Source of the DNA: Patescibacteria group bacterium
GTDB taxonomy: Bacteria; Patescibacteriota; UBA1384; XYA2-FULL-43-10; 1-14-0-10-43-13
Reading direction: 5' to 3'
Length of the DNA stretch: 64,000 bases
Assembly: GCA_038078835.1 (NCBI GenBank)
Contig: JBBTQI010000003.1
Span: 2,196-66,195, forward strand
Shown here piece by piece: positions 55,630-64,000 of this stretch (the first letter of the stretch is position 1; every line of letters starts with the position of its first letter). The translations under genes were made by a program, and so were the position numbers. Under the pieces are notes generated by a model. It was given only the letters and a program-made list of their open reading frames with translations. It was not told where the DNA came from and searched no databases.

Positions 55630-55673
55630 ATCCACCTGGAAGGTGAATGCGCCCAAACACCTTCCAGGTGGAT
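55630..55673. terminator. Conserved hairpin CCACCTGGAAGGTG-N12-CACCTTCCAGGTGG, copy 1 (terminator-like)
   Basis: atccacctggaaggtg aatgcgcccaaa caccttccaggtggat, directly after the stop of the 54795-55619 gene. Confidence 0.5.
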
Positions 55674-55738
55674 TACTCGCTCGAACTATAACAAAAACCG
55701 CTTCGATCGCGAGCGGTTTTTGCTGTTATCACTAAGAT

Positions 55739-56056
55739 TTAATTAACGGCAGTATTGGCAGTGCCGGCAACGGCGTTGACGATGACGTAAGCCAGAACGA
55801 TGATGATGATGCCGATAATGGCGTTAACCACGCCCTGCTGGCCCTTCTTGGCGGCATCGGGGTTGCCGGCGGCGGTCAAGTAGAGAATGCCGGAGTAGAT
55901 CAGGTAGATAACGGCGATGGCGCCGGCAATCGGCAGAACCACGCTTGTAATAGCGCCGCTGATTAATGGAACAACTCCCTCCTCTCCGCCCTTGGCGGTG
56001 TCCAGGGTTATGTCACTCAAACCCTCATCAGCAAGGGCTCTTTGAACCAAATTCAT
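55739..56056 (-). CDS. Small VirB2/TrbC-like (T4SS pilin-like) two-helix membrane protein, paralogue 1
   Basis: ...VVLPIAGAIAVIYLIYSGILYLTAAGNPDAAKKGQQGVVNAIIGIIIIVLAYVIVNAV. Start at the internal Met MNLVQ preceded by GGAGGAG. Shares the core motif with the four other pilin-like copies. Confidence 0.5.
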   Translation of the reverse strand: MNLVQRALADEGLSDITLDTAKGGEEGVVPLISGAITSVVLPIAGAIAVIYLIYSGILYLTAAGNPDAAKKGQQGVVNAIIGIIIIVLAYVIVNAVAGTANTAVN

Positions 56057-56189
56057 CTCTCCTCCTTTTATTAGGTCTAAATGAAAAATATTGTGCCTGC
56101 GATCGACCCTCGCTCTATGCACACCGCAGGACATGCTTAATAGCTAACTTGCTTTCTAAATCCTACCACACCCCTCAAATCTTTTGCAA

Positions 56190-56513
56190 CTATAATTTTA
56201 ACAAAGTGCCGCGGACGGCCCGGACAATGGCGTAGGACAAAACGATGACGGCGATGCCGATGATGGCATTAACCACTCCTTGCTGGCCCTTTTTGGCGTT
56301 ATCGGGATTGCCGGCGGCGGTGATGTAGAGAATGCCGGAGTAGATGAGGTAGAGCACAGCCAGAGCGCTGGCGATCATTAAGAGAATGTTGACGATGCCG
56401 GTGATGAGGCCGGCAATATTGTCGGTGCCGGTGGCAAAGGCGGTGCCGCCGGAGAGATCGCTGACGGCGTCGCCGGCCGAGGTGGCGGCGCGGCTTGATT
56501 CAATTATCTTCAT
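56190..56513 (-). CDS. Small VirB2/TrbC-like pilin-like membrane protein, paralogue 2
   Basis: ...LLMIASALAVLYLIYSGILYITAAGNPDNAKKGQQGVVNAIIGIAVIVLSYAIVRAV, nearly identical in its core to paralogue 1 (tandem duplicate). Confidence 0.55.
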   Translation of the reverse strand: MKIIESSRAATSAGDAVSDLSGGTAFATGTDNIAGLITGIVNILLMIASALAVLYLIYSGILYITAAGNPDNAKKGQQGVVNAIIGIAVIVLSYAIVRAVRGTLLKL

Positions 56514-56538
56514 TTATCCTCCATGATAACTCACCGCC

Positions 56539-56586
56539 AACCCACCTGGAAGGTGTTTGGCCACACTCACCTTCCAGGTGGGTTGG
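56539..56586. terminator. Conserved hairpin CCACCTGGAAGGTG-N12-CACCTTCCAGGTGG, copy 2
   Basis: aacccacctggaaggtg tttggccacact caccttccaggtgggtt, between pilin-like genes 2 and 3 (downstream of the stop of gene 3 on the minus strand). Confidence 0.5.
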
Positions 56587-56590
56587 AATA

Positions 56591-56932
56591 TCACCCTAAA
56601 AATTTATTTGTTGTCAAGATTGCCACGATGGCGCGGGCGGCCAGGACAAGGATCAAACCCAGGATGGCCCAAGTCAGGGTTTTCTTGGCGTTCTCCGCCT
56701 CCGCCTCGTTTCCTTGCGATTTCACGTACAAAAAAGCGGCGTAAAGAATGTAGATAAAAGCGACCACGGCGGCGGCGTTAAGGGCCATAGTGATAATAAG
56801 CCCGACATAGCCGCCATTCTCACTATTATAAATATCACCAAGACCCTTCTTGGTGCCGTCAAAACCGCGCCCGTCCCAGATGCTCTCGGGTAAACTTGCG
56901 GCGTAAGTTTTTTGAATTAAGAAATCCATCAT
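56591..56932 (-). CDS. Small VirB2/TrbC-like pilin-like membrane protein, paralogue 3
   Basis: ...MALNAAAVVAFIYILYAAFLYVKSQGNEAEAENAKKTLTWAILGLILVLAARAIV. Confidence 0.5.
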   Translation of the reverse strand: MMDFLIQKTYAASLPESIWDGRGFDGTKKGLGDIYNSENGGYVGLIITMALNAAAVVAFIYILYAAFLYVKSQGNEAEAENAKKTLTWAILGLILVLAARAIVAILTTNKFLG

Positions 56933-56952
56933 TTAGAAAAATTTTACTCCCC

Positions 56953-59900
56953 CTACCCCTTCTTCACAAGAGGGATGATGACGCTGGTGGTGAGGCGGAC
57001 GAGGGCGTAGGCCAAAATTAAGACAATGACGCCGGTGACGGCGTAAGTTAAGACCTTTTTCGCTTTGTCGGATTTGCCGGTGTCGCCGCCGGAGGTGATG
57101 TACATAATGCCGCCGGAGATAAGAGCGAGGAGGGAGAGGGTCATTACCAGCCAGTAGAGAATCTCGACGATTCGCACTGCCAGCTCGTAAATACTGTTAA
57201 TCATACTGCCGCCGATCAGCTCATTCGGTTTCAGACCGCCGCCCCCGCCTTGGTCAGGCGGACAAATCGGCTTGCTGCCGTCGGCTGGGTCAGTACAGCC
57301 CTTATTGCTGGCGTTGGGGTCGAGTGTGATCGCCCGCTCGGCCTTGCCGGTGCATCTTGTAACCGTGTCATCGCTTAAATCGGCGATCTCGTTAAGGGTG
57401 TATCCCTCTCCGGAATCGTTGTCGGCATCAATCGCCTCCTCACTATCATCCGATGTTAGCCCCAAGGTTTCACCAGATCTCAGATCGGCGATGATTTTAG
57501 CGCGGGAGGCCTGCGCGCCTCGAGCGATCTGCTTAATCAGCTGGCTTAAGATAATATCGCTATCATCACTGTTGTAACTCTCCTCTTTCAATCCAGTATC
57601 CCCTTTGTCGGTATTAGTGTCATTAGATTGGCCGTCAGTTTGATCATTCACTTTGGTGCTATTGGTATTTGGCTGATCGACCGGTGTTTCGGTCTCGCCT
57701 GTCGGACTCTCCTCCAGACCTGTTGTCGAACCCGCCTCGATTAATCCCCGCTCAATCTCACCAAACGCACTCCGGCAATTCTCCAGCTGATCGATATCAA
57801 TGCCGCGATAGGTTTTAACCCGGATATAGTGAAGGCCGGCCTCACTGTCGCTGTTCGGCCAATCGGTGTAGACAAACTCCTCGGCCTCGCCCTTGTTATT
57901 TTTGTTAAAAGTACAGGCTTTTTTAAGACTCCACTCCTCTTCTTTAAGGTTTTTAAGATCATCGGCGCTGCCTACCTTGGGTGAGATATAAAGCTTTAAG
58001 ACATCACTGACACTCAAGTCATCGGCACGGCGTTTCTCCAGGGGGGGTCTCACTTTGATTTTAGTCATCGCCGCCGCCTGTTTATCGGGATCGGTCGCCT
58101 TTTTAATCTGGCTCGGCGCGTTGATAGAGATGGAACAGCCAAAACAGCCGTTGACCTGGTTATCGTCATTTTCGCCATTCGGTCCGAAAATTTTGAAGTC
58201 TTTTGTCGCTTCACTGATTATTGTTCCACTGTTAGTAATAGTAATCCTAAATTGGTGATTTCCGATTCCAAGAGGACCGCCCTTGTCATTGCCACCGGAA
58301 ACTTGACCGGAGAGCGCCGATGTATGGAATGCGGCATTGAGATCCCAAAGAAACTCACCCTCATAACCGATTGTACCGGCAATAAATTTGGTATCCGCAA
58401 GATAGTTTGGACTATCCTTGGAGATAATTTCTAAAACCGCCGAAAAACCGCCGCCCTTAACTTGACTTAAAATTTTATCATTGGGGTTTACTTTATAAGG
58501 AATGGAGACACTGTTGCCGTAATTGCGGAAGATTTTATCGAAGTTGGAATTTTTATCATCGCGGCCGTCAATATACTCTTTGGTCAAGCGGAAGGAGGCG
58601 GGGGCGGTGATTTTGATCTCGTCGTTGCCCCACTCCTCCAGGGCGTAAGACATATAGCTGTCGTAAATCCGCTGGATGATCTCTTTGTCGTCACTGCTTT
58701 TGGCTTTTCCCAGAGCCTCCTTAAGCAGAGCGGCCGCCTTGGAGTTGGCGCGGGCGTTTTCGTACTTGCCGCCCTCATACCGGCCGGGAGAAGAGATAGA
58801 GCAGATTTGTACTTGTTTATCGAGATTAACCAAGACTTGAACATTGGGATCCTCGCCCTCATTCATGCCCTTGCAGGTGCCAGAGGGCCCGCCGTAGATA
58901 TCGAGCCATTTATAGCTGCCCTGGTCGCGCCAAGCGTAAAAGGTCGGGTTTTTAATCGCGTCTTTAATGGTTTGGATCGACTGATGAGCGTCAACTTTGT
59001 CGCTCAGGTTGTCGCCGGCATTATCCTCAATAAATTTATAGATCTCCTGAATGTAGCCCCAGGTCTTCTCGTCGTTCTTCTGGTCAATGACAATAACCTC
59101 ATCCCGCTTGATCTGACGGGATAGAGTAAGTTCTTCTCCTTCGACCAAATTGAAGGGATAGAAGTAAACTCTCTCGGTTAATTCGGAGATCGCCTTGGCT
59201 TTACTCCGACCGTCTTTGAGCTTGCCGGAGATGCCGCAGAGAACAAAGTTTTCGCCGTTGACGCCGTAAGGCTTGTCAAAACTGCCGCAGTTTTTGAGAG
59301 CGAGATAGGAATTGATATAGGTGCGGAGGTTGTTAATGGAGGCAAGGGCTTTACTGGTATCGCCGCCGGATTCATTATCCTCGGAGGCATCCCGAACCGC
59401 TTCGTACATCTTTAAAATCTTACCGGCAAGAGCGGTGGTGAGCGGCGTTGTTGCCTCCGAAATGTAATAGTTGGCCGCCATTTCCCGGGGGATGACGGCA
59501 TTATCACCCTGGAAGAAGGGCCAGGCTTGAATCGGCATGCCGTTAAAGTGGCCGACGTTTTTAATGTTATTGATATCTTCCTCGGTGAGGCCGTATTTTG
59601 AATATTTGTAAACCAGAAACGAATCGATTGTTTTGTAAGTAACGACCTCGTAAACCCCGTTGGACTCCTGCTTGGCCTTGAGCGCCTCGCCGATGGTGTT
59701 AGACCACCCCTCGGCCTGCTGGTAATCAGTCTGGGCTTCCTTCTCGCCATCAGCTTTATTGCCGCCGCGCTGTTTGGCGCTGGTCATAATCGCCTTGTAG
59801 ATCTTTTGAAGATTTTTCCAGTTGGGACGGGTTAAGGTGTTAACCTCAATCTTGCTGGCGAGATAGGGGTTGGCATTAAGTTTTAAGGTATCGGCACTGC

Positions 59901-60465
59901 CGTCATACTCCGCCTGGTAGATATTAAAGTTGAGAGTTTGCCGCTCCTCCGCTTTTTTGACGTGCTTGCTTAAGTCGTAGAGGGTAAAACCGTTGTACGA
60001 GCTGTAGCTGGCCTGACTTTTGCTTAAGCGCCGGCTAACCTCCTGCATAACGCGGCGGGCATGGCCCTCATTCACCAGGTTTCTCTCGCGGCGGGCGGCG
60101 CTCTGGATATCGCTATAAGTGCCGTAAACCGCCTTCCAGCTGTCATAGAGACGCTCAACCTTCTTGCTCTCGCTATCGTAAATGTCGTCGATGGCACTTG
60201 GCGCCAGGACAATTGGCAGTTCCAGCTGTTTGTTGCTTCTAATAAATTTGGCGGTGGCGTCGTTAGCCTTAATTTTGTCATAATCCTCTTTTGAGAGACG
60301 GTAATAGACAAAATTATCGCCGGCACGGTCATAGGTTTCGTTGGGGTTAATATCGGCGCCGACCTGCAGGCGGGAATAAGCGAGGATTCCGCCGATCATC
60401 AAAAAGAAGGGCAGTGCCAGCAGCCCGCTAAACTTCCAAAATTTTCGGCTCAAACCGAGTTTCAT
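56953..60465 (-). CDS. Large (~1170 aa) membrane-anchored protein whose C-terminal ~70 aa form a pilin-like domain (pilin fusion, candidate tip/adhesin subunit)
   Basis: C-terminus ...LVMTLSLLALISGGIMYITSGGDTGKSDKAKKVLTYAVTGVIVLILAYALV matches the pilin-like core. N-terminal TM helix LLALPFFLMIGGILAY. Start moved to MKLGLS (rc ATG at 60463-60465), because the upstream in-frame extension is encoded by hairpin copy 3. The middle of the protein has no recognisable domain. Confidence 0.55.
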   Translation of the reverse strand: MKLGLSRKFWKFSGLLALPFFLMIGGILAYSRLQVGADINPNETYDRAGDNFVYYRLSKEDYDKIKANDATAKFIRSNKQLELPIVLAPSAIDDIYDSESKKVERLYDSWKAVYGTYSDIQSAARRERNLVNEGHARRVMQEVSRRLSKSQASYSSYNGFTLYDLSKHVKKAEERQTLNFNIYQAEYDGSADTLKLNANPYLASKIEVNTLTRPNWKNLQKIYKAIMTSAKQRGGNKADGEKEAQTDYQQAEGWSNTIGEALKAKQESNGVYEVVTYKTIDSFLVYKYSKYGLTEEDINNIKNVGHFNGMPIQAWPFFQGDNAVIPREMAANYYISEATTPLTTALAGKILKMYEAVRDASEDNESGGDTSKALASINNLRTYINSYLALKNCGSFDKPYGVNGENFVLCGISGKLKDGRSKAKAISELTERVYFYPFNLVEGEELTLSRQIKRDEVIVIDQKNDEKTWGYIQEIYKFIEDNAGDNLSDKVDAHQSIQTIKDAIKNPTFYAWRDQGSYKWLDIYGGPSGTCKGMNEGEDPNVQVLVNLDKQVQICSISSPGRYEGGKYENARANSKAAALLKEALGKAKSSDDKEIIQRIYDSYMSYALEEWGNDEIKITAPASFRLTKEYIDGRDDKNSNFDKIFRNYGNSVSIPYKVNPNDKILSQVKGGGFSAVLEIISKDSPNYLADTKFIAGTIGYEGEFLWDLNAAFHTSALSGQVSGGNDKGGPLGIGNHQFRITITNSGTIISEATKDFKIFGPNGENDDNQVNGCFGCSISINAPSQIKKATDPDKQAAAMTKIKVRPPLEKRRADDLSVSDVLKLYISPKVGSADDLKNLKEEEWSLKKACTFNKNNKGEAEEFVYTDWPNSDSEAGLHYIRVKTYRGIDIDQLENCRSAFGEIERGLIEAGSTTGLEESPTGETETPVDQPNTNSTKVNDQTDGQSNDTNTDKGDTGLKEESYNSDDSDIILSQLIKQIARGAQASRAKIIADLRSGETLGLTSDDSEEAIDADNDSGEGYTLNEIADLSDDTVTRCTGKAERAITLDPNASNKGCTDPADGSKPICPPDQGGGGGLKPNELIGGSMINSIYELAVRIVEILYWLVMTLSLLALISGGIMYITSGGDTGKSDKAKKVLTYAVTGVIVLILAYALVRLTTSVIIPLVKKG

Positions 60466-60518
60466 TGCCAAAAAAGCGATGCTAATGACGAATTTACATG
60501 CGAATGACCAGAATGCTT

Positions 60519-60562
60519 GCCCACCTGGAAGGTGAATGTGCTCAAACACCTTCCAGGTGGGC
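60519..60562. terminator. Conserved hairpin CCACCTGGAAGGTG-N12-CACCTTCCAGGTGG, copy 3
   Basis: gcccacctggaaggtg aatgtgctcaaa caccttccaggtgggc, downstream of the stop (60669) of the secreted paralogue gene. Confidence 0.5.
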
Positions 60563-60668
60563 AACACAGGTGGGCAACAGAAGACTCCCTGGTTGGCGAT
60601 TAACGGTTCGTTTCGTTTATGATTTGTCCGGATGTGCCTATCGGATCATCTTTTATTTTTCACAGGAT

Positions 60669-62039
60669 CTACTCCGCCTTTACTTCCGGCCAGTCGATCT
60701 TGACGGTTTTCTTGTGCGTCTTGCCGTCGCTGGTCTTGAACTTGAAGGTGTACTCGTTAATCTGGCGGACAATGCTTTCCGGGTAAACCTTTCTGATTTT
60801 GTTATTGTTGCGAATTATCTTAATAATATCGCTTGGGACCGTGACCTGTCCGCTAAAAGAAAACGATACATTGGCATATGTCTGTTGGGCAGAGTAGGCG
60901 CCCTTGCCTTCGTTAAAGTTTAAAGTGTGATCATCGGTAATATTTTTTTTGCCGGCGTCGGTGTTGTACTGCCAATTTTGGCCGTCGGTGGTTTCGCAGG
61001 CCGGACAACCGATGATATCTTGCCGCCAGAAGAGATCATATTTTACCTCAAGCGTGGCTTCGGTAATGTCGGCGATGGCGGCCGGATTAACTTTGGCGGC
61101 GTAAAGATACTGGCCGGCGGTTCTGTTTTTGACGGCATCCTGGTCGGTAATATCCTCAACCATAAGATCAGGTGCGACAAAGCTTACTTTAAGGTCGGCT
61201 GATTTTCGGGTATAGTTCTTGAGTTTGACCTTGATCTCTTTGTTTTTTATCTCTTTATCGGAGGTAAAGACCCACTGCGTCTCGCCCGAACTGGTATCAG
61301 CCTCAACCGTCGTGCCCTCCTTGCCCTCCATCCTGACGTTTTGGGGCAGTTCGATGATAACCGGCTGATTGGCGAGGGCGGAATCATCGGCTTTGTAAAA
61401 TCGCGCCGTTACTCTGATGCCGTGTTCCACTTTGCCGGTGTTGTAGCCGGTGGGAGTGCTGTCGTTGTCAAGCGGCGAGGATGTTTCAAATTTGATTTGG
61501 GCATTTTTGAGAATATCCTGTTCACCTGCCGTGGCATCGGGCGTCTCGACGAAGACGGTCTTTATAGTGAATTTGCGGTAAACTTTCGGCTGACCGAGGA
61601 CATTTTCGCCGATCTTAAACCAGAAATAAACCTTCTTGACGCCTTTTTTCTCGGAGGTGATGCACTGATCAAGGGTGCCGTCTCCGGTTGTCGATTCAAA
61701 GGTGCCGGTTTGGCCATTAATAGTGATGTTGGAGCTGTTCTTGGGCGCTTTCATCCAGAGTGTCTGGTCAAAGAGCGGCGACTCTTCTTCGTCCTCAAAA
61801 TCTATGATCGGATTGGCGCAGTCTTTACCGTCGGCTATCGCCTGCAGGGTGGATGACTCTGTGTCCAGTGTGACCCTGGCTGTTTTTAGAAAGGCTTTAA
61901 GGTTGGGATCGGCGTCGGCCGAGGCGGTGTTGTAATTCATTACTCCGACCACGGCCAATAATATCGCTGCCGTGCCGATCAGCAGACGAACTCTGGTCCG
62001 GGCGGAGAATCCGCGTCGCGATCGTCTCCTTTTTGCCAT
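60669..62039 (-). CDS. Secreted hypothetical protein, paralogue of 54795-55619 (Arg-rich N-terminus plus TM/signal)
   Basis: MAKRRRSRRGFSARTRVRLLIGTAAILLAVVGV, start after GAGGAGGA (rc of tcctcctc at 62042-62049). Beta-rich body with no recognisable domain. Confidence 0.5.
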   Translation of the reverse strand: MAKRRRSRRGFSARTRVRLLIGTAAILLAVVGVMNYNTASADADPNLKAFLKTARVTLDTESSTLQAIADGKDCANPIIDFEDEEESPLFDQTLWMKAPKNSSNITINGQTGTFESTTGDGTLDQCITSEKKGVKKVYFWFKIGENVLGQPKVYRKFTIKTVFVETPDATAGEQDILKNAQIKFETSSPLDNDSTPTGYNTGKVEHGIRVTARFYKADDSALANQPVIIELPQNVRMEGKEGTTVEADTSSGETQWVFTSDKEIKNKEIKVKLKNYTRKSADLKVSFVAPDLMVEDITDQDAVKNRTAGQYLYAAKVNPAAIADITEATLEVKYDLFWRQDIIGCPACETTDGQNWQYNTDAGKKNITDDHTLNFNEGKGAYSAQQTYANVSFSFSGQVTVPSDIIKIIRNNNKIRKVYPESIVRQINEYTFKFKTSDGKTHKKTVKIDWPEVKAE

Positions 62040-62062
62040 ATTCCTCCTCTTTTTATAGTGAT

Positions 62063-62419
62063 TTAACAATAAAACAATTTGATAATCGTCGAAGTTGTCT
62101 TTGTCGGATCGGGGAGGGCGAGGAAGCTGAGGATCAGTTTAACCAGCCAGAGCGTGGCTAAGCCGAGGATGGCTCCCAGAAAAATCTCTTTGGCCTCGCC
62201 GATGGCGGTCTGGTTGCCGGCGGAGGTGATGTAGCGGTAGCCGGCATAAATAATCATCAAAACGGCCAGGGCGGAACCGAGCTTTAAGGCAAAGCCATAC
62301 ATATCGGCAATATAGGTGGCGTAAGTGTAGCTGGTGCGGCTGCTGCCGGGAATGCCGACACCGATACCGACACCCTCGGCGGCATACACCTTTGTTAAGT
62401 TTATAAAGTTATTTACCAT
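62063..62419 (-). CDS. Small VirB2/TrbC-like pilin-like membrane protein, paralogue 5
   Basis: ...GSALAVLMIIYAGYRYITSAGNQTAIGEAKEIFLGAILGLATLWLVKLIL. Confidence 0.5.
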   Translation of the reverse strand: MVNNFINLTKVYAAEGVGIGVGIPGSSRTSYTYATYIADMYGFALKLGSALAVLMIIYAGYRYITSAGNQTAIGEAKEIFLGAILGLATLWLVKLILSFLALPDPTKTTSTIIKLFYC

Positions 62420-63801
62420 CCTGTCTTTCTTAAGCTCTCGGTAATGGTGTTGGCGGCGAGGTCGAGAGCGGCTTGGGGTTCCTGGGTATCATTGTTTACT
62501 GCATTGATTGCCAGGCGGAAGGCATCATCAAAGTTGCCGGGGTAGCGGCCCTTGACCAGCGATTTGGCGGTGGCCAAGGAGAGTTTCTCGGGATTATTGC
62601 CTTTGCGCTCATCAATCGAGATATCATAACTTTTGGCTTTGGCGGCAGTGTAGAGACGGGTAGCCGAGTTAAAGCTCTTGGCGGCATCGTCAACCAGAAT
62701 CTTGACCGCCCCCCAAGAGGTGTTTGGCGCTTTGGAGAGGCGATTGACGCCAAAAGCCTGGAAGCGGGTGTAATCAACGATCTTCTCGGCGTCCTGCTCG
62801 ACTTGCGGCACAAAGGCCTTTTTGTACTTAAGATCAGGATACTTTTGGTCAAAATAATTAGCCAGGCCGCTGTAGCCAAAGATCATTGCCGCCTTTCCGT
62901 TGGCGAAGGCCTCAATCTCACTGCCAAGCGAGTCGTTCCAAGTATGGTTATCACTGCCGGGATCGGCAAAGGAGGTGTAGAATTCCAGCGCCCGGCGGCC
63001 GGGGTAGTCGTTGCCGCCCCGGGCGGTGGCGGCCGGCAGATTAAAGGTAGCCAAATTCATCTCCGAGGCGACAACCGGAGTTTCGTTTTGCATCATCAGG
63101 AGATAGAGAATGTCGGGGGCGAGAGTGACGTTGCTGGTGCCGAGCGCGACGCCGGCCCTTTCGATGTCATCGCCATCGGTTTCGGTCAGAAGGTTGGCCA
63201 GCTCGATAAAGTCAGTCCAGTTTGCCGGTATTGTCTTGAGCAGGTTAGAATACTGCGCTTTGGTTTCGGGATCATCTCCGTATTCCTCCTTGATCTCCTC
63301 TTTGGCCGAGTCAAAGATGGCAGGGTTGTAGTAAACCATTAAGGGTTCGGCCGAGGGCGAGAGAGCGTAGATCTGATTGTTAAAATAGACCGATTGTTTG
63401 ACGGCCGGCACAAATTGGCTATCAAGACTCACAGTCTTGGCTAGTGCCGTCGGCATCGGCTGGAGCTTCTCTTTGTGGCGATAGACCCAGTCGTTGGGCA
63501 TCGCCCAGATATCGGGTTTTTGGGTCGAGAGCACCGAGTTCATCACCCGGTTTTCGTAATCGGCATCAAAGGTCTGTTTCTCGTAGACCAGAGCGTAGCC
63601 CTCATATTCACTTTCAAATTTCTTCTCAACCGGCTTCCAGGCATCTTCATCCTCAAAACTCCAGACGACAATCTGCTTGGAGGCCGGATCCTCGGCCGAT
63701 TTCTTTTTGGGGATAATGGTACAGCCGGAGAGCAGGAATGAAAAAAGAACGCCAAAGGCGGTGTACTTAACAATTCGACCGATCTTTTTAGTTGGACTCA
63801 T
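62413..63801 (-). CDS. Lipoprotein, extracellular solute-binding protein (ABC transporter family-1 SBP-like)
   Basis: Lipobox FLLSGC after a signal peptide. Mature body ~440 aa with SBP-like segments (IVVWSFEDEDAW..., KAAMIFGYSGLANYF). Confidence 0.55.
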   Translation of the reverse strand: MSPTKKIGRIVKYTAFGVLFSFLLSGCTIIPKKKSAEDPASKQIVVWSFEDEDAWKPVEKKFESEYEGYALVYEKQTFDADYENRVMNSVLSTQKPDIWAMPNDWVYRHKEKLQPMPTALAKTVSLDSQFVPAVKQSVYFNNQIYALSPSAEPLMVYYNPAIFDSAKEEIKEEYGDDPETKAQYSNLLKTIPANWTDFIELANLLTETDGDDIERAGVALGTSNVTLAPDILYLLMMQNETPVVASEMNLATFNLPAATARGGNDYPGRRALEFYTSFADPGSDNHTWNDSLGSEIEAFANGKAAMIFGYSGLANYFDQKYPDLKYKKAFVPQVEQDAEKIVDYTRFQAFGVNRLSKAPNTSWGAVKILVDDAAKSFNSATRLYTAAKAKSYDISIDERKGNNPEKLSLATAKSLVKGRYPGNFDDAFRLAINAVNNDTQEPQAALDLAANTITESLRKTGW

Positions 63802-63814
63802 ATCTCCCTCTCCT

Positions 63815-63990
63815 GTTCAAAATCCCAAACAACAAATATCAAATAACAAATAATTTCCAATTTTCGAATTTCAAAAACTTTGGACTTTGGTAGTTGAAAT
63901 TTATTTGGGATTTGGTTTTTGGATTTTGTAATTTCCGAAACTTTGTTTTACAAAGTTTCGGCTGTTTCTCTTATAAACTTCGCAAACTCG
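63815..63990. repeat. Diverged third copy of the ~220 bp MITE-like element (upstream of the SBP gene start)
   Basis: aaatcccaaacaacaaatatcaaataacaaataatttccaa ... ttggatttggtttttggattttgtaatttccgaaactttgttttacaaagtttcgg. Shares the 5' arm words and the inverted structure with copies 1 and 2. Confidence 0.35.
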
Positions 63991-64000
63991 CCATTGATAT

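Noticed and set aside
56523-56744. Plus-strand 73-aa ORF (MITHRQPTWKVFGHTHLPGG...) and the N-terminal extension of the 56953-60567 ORF (MLPTWKVFEHIHLPGG...)
   Set aside because: Both peptides are simply translations of the conserved CCACCTGGAAGGTG hairpin copies. They are not coding, and the large gene was re-started at the downstream Met (60465).

Overview
This 64 kb window looks like a chromosomal segment from a small-genome, roughly 50% GC bacterium. The gene content resembles Candidate Phyla Radiation / Patescibacteria, but that is an inference from gene content only. It spans the replication origin: rnpA-rpmH diverging from dnaA-dnaN-recF, with DnaA boxes. It also carries an isc operon (rrf2-iscS-nifU), peptidoglycan genes (femAB, murE, uppP, PAP2), valS, tsaD, mnmA, gdhA, trxA and a CopB-type P-type ATPase.

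Three larger things stand out.

1. Several families of short palindromic repeats are inserted in frame into essential genes (tsaD, mnmA, iscS, nifU, xerD, uppP, femAB, virB4). This resembles Rickettsia palindromic elements. A REP-associated tyrosine transposase (RAYT) gene sits next to tsaD.

2. Positions 21.5-46 kb hold a Gram-positive-style type IV secretion / conjugation-like locus: PrgI/VirB3-like, a VirB4 ATPase, a VirB6-like membrane protein, CHAP and M23 cell-wall hydrolases, an AbiEi/AbiEii module and a 2764-aa secreted giant protein. The virB4 gene appears split by a DUF559 endonuclease cassette flanked by the palindromic repeats.

3. Positions 52.9-62.4 kb hold a PilB/GspE-like ATPase followed by five paralogous VirB2/TrbC-like pilin-like genes. 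One of these pilin-like domains is the C-terminus of a ~1170-aa protein. Two secreted paralogues with Arg-rich N-termini sit alongside, and three near-identical copies of a conserved hairpin punctuate the cluster.

Other observations: two 65% GC single-gene islands (5279-6208 and 13857-14639) that look horizontally acquired, and a ~220 bp MITE-like intergenic element in three copies that supplies ribosome-binding sites. All calls rest on motif recognition by eye. No database searches were run.
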